Shown here one piece after another: positions 54,521 through 64,000 of a stretch of 64,000 nucleotides of DNA. The notes beneath the pieces were generated by a model, which was not told the origin of the DNA, ran no database searches, and saw nothing but the letters and a program-made list of their open reading frames with translations. Origin of the DNA: Chrysomallon squamiferum (Eukaryota; Animalia; Mollusca); the NCBI GenBank assembly GCA_012295275.1, contig CM022672.1, positions 18,662,001 through 18,726,000 of the forward strand, read 5' to 3'. Each line of letters opens with the position of its first letter. The stretch's first letter is position 1. Made by a program: the position numbers and the translations under genes.

Positions 54521-54951
54521 ATGTTACAAACAATATCAAGAGCAATGTCGTTGATTTCCAGCTACGAGAAATTGTATATAAAATCTGCATTTATTTAAAT
54601 TTCTGCTAATAATGAACACCACGAGTTTTTTTAACGTCATTCATTAAAAAAAATGAGATAAAATCACAATTATACACCACATTACATTTAATATATATAC
54701 TGAGATATTATTAAACTAACATTAATTCATTCATTTAGCTACGAAATCATATCAGTACACAAAAGTCATACAGGAAATAAAATGCATTGTTCCAAATTCA
54801 GAATAACCGATAACTCTGTCTAGCAAATAGTTGCTTAAATTATCTCCCTTAAACAGCACCCGTTTTTATTTGAATATAATTACTGTAATAATCAAATGAA
54901 ACTTTACATACTGTAATCACCAACAGTAACGAGAACAACAACAACAACATC

Positions 54952-55010
<59 letters not shown>

Positions 55011-55090
55011 TAATAATAATAATAATTCAAAATTTCTACATTTGCTACTGTATACTGCACTGATTATATCGATCAATCTCTTTGACTGTG

Positions 55091-56090
<1,000 letters not shown>

Positions 56091-56553
56091 AATTAACATT
56101 ACTACTATTATAAATACTAAAATTCCTCAACACCCACACCACACAACACAGACGTTAGCTCTGTTTAACTGCAGTGTCCTTCGACTTCGTTTAACGACGT
56201 TGCGAAAACGTGCCGCCATTTTATATATTGAGAAATCTGGAGAACATTTATTGTCTCCGTTCTTTTGAAGTTTTCGCGCCCTGACTTATAAAAGAGATAT
56301 ATATATTTTTTCAACTGCATGACATCTTCCAAGAAAATGAAAACGCGTAATTGCACGTACAGTGCTGGCAGTTCCTTCCCCTTGGTTATCACCAGAGAGC
56401 GCTCTTTAATTGGTAGGTTCATGCCAGTCAATAAAATTAACCGAGAAATTTATTGTAAATTTATATATAATAATTAAAGGTTGGTTTCTTTAATTAAAAC
56501 AACTTTTTATGGCTTATATCTATTTTGCTTTTGTTAGTGATTGTTATGACTGC

Positions 56554-56645
<92 letters not shown>

Positions 56646-57129
56646 TTTCTTTCCGTTTTCTTTCCTATACTAATTTATAAACGTTGACAAGAAAACCTCA
56701 AAAAAAAAAACTTTTTAACTGTGTCGGTTAATATTTACTGTTCTTGTTTTATTATTATTGTTTTATCATTTATACTTCCATTAACCTATGTAGACTAATT
56801 GCTTTGTTATCTTCAGAAGCATTATATTGCAGCTAGGAGGATCATGTGATTTAAAATGTCAGATTCGTTTGTTTTTCTTCTACGTTTTCTTTTTCAATTT
56901 TTAAAAAGTTTTTCTTCATTTTTAAAAATAATTTTCAGCGTCATTAGCTTTAAGGTTATTAAATCCTAAAATAAGAGAAAAGATAAAAAAGAAGAATCAA
57001 ATAAAAAATAATAATAATTATAATAACTGACAAGCTCAGTCAAAGAAACATATTTCCATCTAAAATTTCAAGCTGATATAATTTTATTATACTTCTCTTG
57101 AAACTGACAGAATTTGTATACTCAGACAT

Positions 57130-57170
<41 letters not shown>

Positions 57171-57684
57171 TACTAATTTTGCAGCTGAAAGACGTATGTA
57201 TTGTAACTGAATTCAAAAGTGTTAAATCTAAATAAATAAAGTGAAAAATGAAGTTTTGCGTTAACATCAAAATACGTATAAAAATAAGATTTTTGCATTA
57301 TTGCAAAATGTTTATCGATAATAACAAAAGTTAAGTACTCTGTTTGACAGTCCGATCTTTTATCTGTATCTCTGTGATAGTTAAAACGTTAATAATGATA
57401 ATAATAGTAATAATAACATCAACAGTCGCAACAATAACAACGACTACGACTATCCCTATTTCTAATTAGGTTGACTTTGTTGTTTTAGTCCATCCTGTAT
57501 AAAATAAAATTTCCGATGAATATGTGTTTACGATCTTATTTAAATTAATTCATCACGTATTACGCTCGTCACATCAAGATTAAAGTGTCAGTTTTTCTCT
57601 GGTTTCTCCTAAAGGGCATTAAACACCATCATATTGGTATTCACCCGACCAGTCTCTTTTTGTAGTAATGTTAATAGTTTTCAG

Positions 57685-57795
<111 letters not shown>

Positions 57796-57804
57796 ATATA
57801 TGTA

Positions 57805-57867
<63 letters not shown>

Positions 57868-58634
57868 CACGTTTCTCTTTCTTATTCTCTTTCTCACTCT
57901 CTTTCTCAGTTGCTTTCTGTCTTTCCTTAACTTTCTCTCTCATTCTTTCTTTTTCTCACTCTCTCTCGGTACCTGTCCATTTAATCCACCTACTATATGC
58001 TACAACAGCTAGAACAACAACTACTACTACTTCGACGACTACTACTACTACTGCTGCTAATATCCCTACCTTACTATAATGTATATTTCTATTCTGCCTT
58101 TTCAGTCATTTATTTTTTCTATTTAATTTTATTCTGCTAGCTGACATTAACACACATATGACAAATTTAATCAATATGCATTTCAGACATGTATAGTACG
58201 TTTCACATTACTTAACTGAATTTAAATATAACAGTAAAATAAACCAGTTTTACTTTCAGTACATTTCAATAATAATTAAATCAAATTCGTACAAAAAGGA
58301 ATGGATATGGGAAAATGCATATGCGTGGTTATATATATATATCTATATATTCACTTTTATTATCCATTATAACTAATACACTGAGATAAACAAATTAATT
58401 TCCAGTACTTTGGTTCGGTAGGTTTCTCCCGAGATACAGAAAAACAACAAGAAAAAAACATACTTAAAATGTATAAAAGTCATAAGAGTTTCCCAAGCCA
58501 CTCTATTCTGAATTATCTAAAGTAGATACGAGATTCATTATTGTTATTACTAGAAAATTATTTTGCCATTTACGAAGCTCAGTTGTCGAGAGGCGCTGAG
58601 TGTGATTATAGTTGCAGAGTAAAATCAAACTTTA

Positions 58635-58850
58635 GCTCAGATGTAGAGAAGGTTGACTGTAGTTTGTTTGTAGAGAGACGCAGACAGTAGTTGAAATGTA
58701 GAGAGAAACCGGACTGTAATTTGTTTGTAGCGAAATGCTGACAGTAGTTAATCTGTATAGAGGAACTATACTGTAATTTGCTTGTAAAGAGAAGACGACA
58801 ATAGTTAAAAATGTAGACAAATAGATTACTTTGAGAGAAAGACGCCGTAA
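58635..58850. repeat. Degenerate ~29/58-bp tandem repeat
   Basis: Alternating actgta(g/a)tttg.ttgta and gacagtagtt.aa.tgtaga units, about three dimers. Confidence 0.7.
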
Positions 58851-59198
58851 GACAGCTTGGAACCGTAACACTTTTTCTCATACTTTTTCTCCCCTTTAAC
58901 GTACATAACATTCGCTTGTTTTATAACTTCGGCAAGTTTCTAAGCTTTTTCTCCAGAGAGCACGGAACACTCGACAAGAAGAAGACATTAATTGTTAACA
59001 GACTTCAGCATGAACTGACAAGCTGATATTACACAGATTATCGACAAGATCTTGTTGTCATTCACACTGTATTTCACACAACACGATACCAGAGTCACAA
59101 CCTCCCTGCCTGCTAACATTTCCTTAAGGAAGATCTAAAATCACTTGTTAATGAATTGTGTAATACTGTTGTCACTTGCAAATGATATAGAAAATGTA

Positions 59199-59246
<48 letters not shown>

Positions 59247-61364
59247 AAGACAATCAAGAATTATGGAATTTTTCTTATAACTATCAAGGGGCGTAATTAT
59301 TTGTAAAATTCGAATCATTTTCTTTGGTTTACTTTGCAAAGATATTTTATTGTCTGAATACAGGGATAAAAACAAATTATAAGACATTAAAGGGAATGGA
59401 AAAGAATTGATAAGAAAAAAGAAAGAAGAAAAAAGAAAGATGGTTTCGAAGGAAGGAAGAAAGAAAGAAATAGAGGAAGTGTGAAAAATGAAAGAGGAAA
59501 CAAATAAAAATTAAATTAAAAAATTAAAAAGAGACGAAGAAAAAAATAAAAATACATTAAGAAAGAAAATAAAGAAAATAAAAAGTAAAGGGAAAAATAA
59601 ACTTTTTTTTTCTTTTTTCTTTCTTTTTTCTCGATATTATTTCTCTTCGCCTCTTTCTGTTACTTTTCATCAGAACTTTAATAATGCAATGGCTATAAAC
59701 AGTTGGTAAATCGATTATGAAAAATACTTCGAGAATTTCTTTAGATCACTATTTTCAATTATCTCTAAACTATAATTCTGATGATTTTTACTTTTTTTTT
59801 TTTTCTATATTTATTTATTTATTTATTTTCCTTTTATTTTATTTGCATTTTTTTTTATCTCCATTTATATAGATAAACATATTGTCAGCCGAATATTATG
59901 TTTGTATCTATCTATGTATGTATTTAATATGTATATATCGTATGTATTCTAGCTAAGACAGAGACAAACAGACAGAAATAATAAGGATAATGTATTTAAA
60001 AGTTACGTCTAAATCCTATCGATAATCAATTTATCCGACCTAAATTCGCTGGCAGTGCTCTAGTACACAATACAACTCAGATAATGTGAACACATGAAGA
60101 AAATCGTGTGTACATCTGCTGACAATGCCAATCAATGGCCACTTAACACGTTAATAAAATTCATTCAGCGAACTCGTAAAATATTAATTTCTCCTAACAC
60201 GTCAATGCTTTCAAGTGGAATATAGATTCACAGACGCACTTGCTTCTCAAATTGGTGACTCATTCACCCAAGTGCGCGTGAAATTAGTTTGGGTGAATGA
60301 AACCACTAGGAAGAGATTTTAGTGATTATGACACTTAGATAATTTGAAGTACACTATTTAACTGACTTAGTTTCAGAATCACTGATATTATACGGTACAG
60401 TCTGTTTATAGGCTGTAAATATTTCATCTCCTGTTTCGTAAATAAAAGATAAAAATATAAAATATGATCAACTGTAAGTGGTGTTTAATGCTAGAATGGT
60501 CTTCATTTGTTTTTTATTTTTTTTTTTTTTTTTTTTTTATAATTATGTTTTTTTAATTTATCTTTGCTGTTTTGTATATTTAAAAAAAAATTTTTTTAAT
60601 TATTATTATTATTATTATTATTATTACAGCGTGGGTTGTTTTATTAAGAGCAATTCTGCGGCAGCTCAAAAATTATATTAATCATCACTCAGTTGATTAA
60701 TTAATAACTATAAACAACAACAACAGTAGTAGTAAAGTAACAGAGTAATATAACTAGCAAAAGTAGTAGGAAGTAGTAGATGTAGTAGTAGCAGTAGCAG
60801 TAGCAGTAGTAGTAGCAGAAGAATCAGCAACGGTAGCAGTAAAACACTACCAGAAAAAATTATAAAATAACAACAGCATATTTATTGCACATACCAAATT
60901 CTATCCTCTCATCGTAACATTATCTATGCATTTCAGGCTCATTGTTATATCTTATCCATTGTCTTAGAAACCAGACATCAAAAACATTACTGAGCCTCAT
61001 CCTGTTGTGAGTGAATTCGCGTGTTGTCTCCGTTACTCGTGCAATTTTTCACTGCGCCGTTTCGTAATTAACTGTATTTGATCTGATACAAGAGAATTTC
61101 TCATAATGAAAAAATTACGACTATCGCCCGGGTTAAAATATCAGGGTTACGGTTCTCACAAATCAAATCTGAGCTTGATGCCTGTTAGCGGTGGAAAAAA
61201 ACAAAAGATAAATGAATGGAGTTATCAAATTTCATTACCAGATACTAAGAAAAAAAAATATATATATATATTAATAATAATAAGTAAATATATATATATA
61301 TATATATATTTATTTATTTATTTATAACAAAGCAAGAGATAAAACAGAGGTACTATATGAATGA

Positions 61365-61620
61365 GAGATTGGCTGTCTTATTATTCAACGATAATTTAAA
61401 AAAAAAAAAAAAAGTATTACGTGACAAGGCAGGAAACCCGCTACCGATTAGCAGTCAACATCTCTTTATTTATGCCTTCCCATGGACAGGAAATTAGATA
61501 AATCGATAGTGAGGCATCGATTGGAACGAGAAACTGAGCCAATGTGCGACATCCAGGTAAAGTGGACTGTAGCCTACAATGTTTAATACCGGCGTTCTAA
61601 CCACTGAACTACAACTTCCC
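61365..61620 (-). mobile_element. tRNA-headed MetaSINE-like SINE, decayed
   Basis: Minus-strand A-box tgtagttcagtggttagaacgc at 61592-61613, followed by a Meta-domain-like core (plus strand aggaaacccgctaccgattagcag...cttcccatggacagg). Confidence 0.65.
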
Positions 61621-62922
61621 TGTGGACTTAGTGATGAAAGTTTTAAAGTAAAAGTGTCTGGTTTTCTGGGCTTTTTATTGTAGAAGATGTTTATTAAAAA
61701 ACTGTCGTAATAAAAGTAGTTCATATTACAGCAATAGTAGTAATAGTTGTAAAAGCAGTGGTATGATATACATATGGTAAGGTGGGAGTAGTAGTAGCAG
61801 CAGTGTAGTAGTTGTAGTAGTTGATGTTCTTGCTGCTGTAGCAGTAGAAGTAGATATAGCTGTAACTATAGCACTAGTAGGTAGTAATAGCAACAGTAGC
61901 AATAGAAGTAGTTGTCGTGGTTGTTCTTGCTGTTGTAGCAGTAGAAGTAGATACAGTAGTAACTATAGCACTAATAGTGGTAGATATAACAATACCAGCA
62001 GTAGCAGTATCCACAATTTTATCATGGCTTCCATTAGCATTTTTGTTATTACATTCCTGAGCATTTTCTTTTGTCGATTGATTCAGCTTTACTCTTTTTC
62101 ATTTAATTTTATTGAAATACAAGGAACAAATTAATGAGTTAGGTTTCATCGTTTCCTCGAACATATAACTTCAATAAATCCTGTCGTTTAATTACGTTAT
62201 AGATTGTCATTCAACTCTTCCTACGTCGTTTTTTTAATTATTTTTTTGTTTCTCACATCACTGTTATATGTCTTTCTAACTGAAGAAGACTGTCTGGTTT
62301 TCAGCTTACGGAACATAACCTGAAAATTACCCTGAAACTTGATTGAACGAGTCTCAACTGCATCTAAAACAACACGACCGTAAGAAAGTCTAGATAAAAA
62401 GTCACGCCACGCGCATAAAAAGTAATGGAGAAGTCGTCTGTCGATTCATAAAACATCATTTTTTTTTTATACAGCTTAATTCAAAGAAGCTTCCAACGAG
62501 AAGAGACACAGTTGAAAATTGCTGTGAAGTAAATCAGGCTGTAATCTATTTAATGTTAAAATTATTTTAATAGAAGGAGGGAAAAAAAAAAAAGGGGATG
62601 TAGGAGACATGTTCATTAATTTAATTGTCTTTCTGAACAACAGATCAGAGATGACTGGTATTTAAGAGAGGCAATGCATGTCAGGATTCCCCAGAAAGAA
62701 GAAGCGGATCTTTAGCGAGAACCGAGAGGAGGCAGATTCACAAAACCGGGTCTCGCATGTTTTTTTTTTTTTTTTTTAATATATATTTATTTATTTATTT
62801 ATTGATTGATTTATTTTACCGTCCTGTGTTATTTTAAGGTATTTGTTTTTATTATTTTTAATATCGTCGTCGTCGTAGGTGTTGTTGTTGTTGTTATTGT
62901 TGTTGTCGTCGTCGTCGTTCTT

Positions 62923-62953
<31 letters not shown>

Positions 62954-63319
62954 TTATTATTATTATTATTATTATAGAATATTTAGTTAATTTTAAAAAG
63001 ATAACGTCCAACATAATGATACTGCAAAATGTTTGCCCATCCTTTTGAAATTATGGATCCGCCCCTTGTATGTTACAATCAGAGTATCATTATAAAAGTG
63101 CTGCAGTGTTAAAAAAGATATATGTGGCTATTAAGAACTTTAACCTTATTTTGTTTACTGACTTCAGACGTATGTTATAAATTCCAGTTCGATAAACTTT
63201 AAACTATCTCCTAAATAAATTACGATTTCCTCAGTGAACGGCCCGCAGTTCAATACGAGGACTGACAAATAAAGCATATTATGTAACATAATCAAACTTC
63301 GGTTGCATACAAACTGCAT

Positions 63320-63400
63320 TATGTCCGTTCCTGGCCTTTTGTTTTTTGCTGTCTAAGGGAAGGTGTATATGAAAGACCACTTTTTGCTAATCACTCTATT
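63320..63400 (+). mobile_element. MetaSINE-like core fragment
   Basis: ctgtctaagggaaggtgtatatgaaagaccactttttgctaatc resembles the Meta domain in sense orientation. Confidence 0.45.
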
Positions 63401-63935
63401 TCATTAAGGCTGTAGAGTTATTATAAAAATGGAAGTGAAACTGAGACGTCAGACAGAACAGGATATCGACACAGGAAGAGGCGAAATAAAGAGATTATTT
63501 TACGGACAGAAAGAAAAAGATTAGAAAAAAAAAAAAAAAAAAAAAAAAAAAGAAGAGAAAGAAACACCGAAAGAAAGAAAGAAATAGCTGATTCAAAGAA
63601 AGAAAGAAAGAAAGAGTATCATAAAAAGAAAGAGAGTAAATAATTAACAAATTGTACTTTGATTTCAGGAAAATCTAGCATCGGGAATTACAAAGTATTT
63701 TTAAGGATACGCAGGACGGCCATGATTTACACCATTTCACTTAGTAAGACACATGAGCCACATCCTCGTCGTTGTTGGGTACAGTAACTTCTGAGAAAGC
63801 AGCGTGCTGTGAGAGTTCGTGTGTAAGTTACGATTCTCGTTACCACAGCCATTGAAAGCTGTGAGATGACTTGTGCAAGAGCGACTTGACACAACATGTA
63901 CTGTTAAAAAACAACGACATAAATCTGATCAGGAG

Positions 63936-64000
63936 ATGGCGAGTAATAGTAGCAAGGGAATATCTGGTCATTCTTCAATAACCAATTTGCAGAAATCACC
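63936..64000 (+). CDS. Possible start of a gene running off the window
   Basis: Acceptor tttgatttcag at 63668, a non-repetitive leader, then gagATGG and MASNSSKGISGHSSITNLQKS open to the window edge. Too short to identify. Confidence 0.3.
   Translation, partial: MASNSSKGISGHSSITNLQKS

Overview
AT-rich, microsatellite-dense animal genomic DNA with spliceosomal (GT-AG) introns. It is most likely a gastropod mollusc, inferred from MetaSINE-type SINE relics and a mollusc-type juxtamembrane motif. Most ORFs in the supplied track are simple-repeat artefacts. Genes reconstructed by hand: the last exon of MFSD13A/TMEM180 (+, 3294-3526); a single-coding-exon ~245-aa unknown protein (+, 12256-12993); a 5-exon METTL27/WBSCR27-like SAM methyltransferase (+, 25760-28641, 232 aa); a 6-exon type I membrane protein with signal peptide, C-type lectin, PAN/apple, mucin stalk and TM (+, 35706-40937, ~521 aa); a GT10 alpha-1,3-fucosyltransferase (-, 48176-44456, 389 aa); and a possible gene start at the right edge. 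Mobile DNA: a 2.76-kb Sola2-like element with ~630-bp TIRs, a 1.02-kb pogo-like element, a MULE relic, MetaSINE fragments and a tRNA-Cys pseudogene. The most unusual structure is a 32-copy 43/44-bp minisatellite made of the lectin exon's own 3' end plus its splice donor. I see no prokaryote-type system (no CRISPR array, no operon). All family assignments come from remembered motifs, not from searches.
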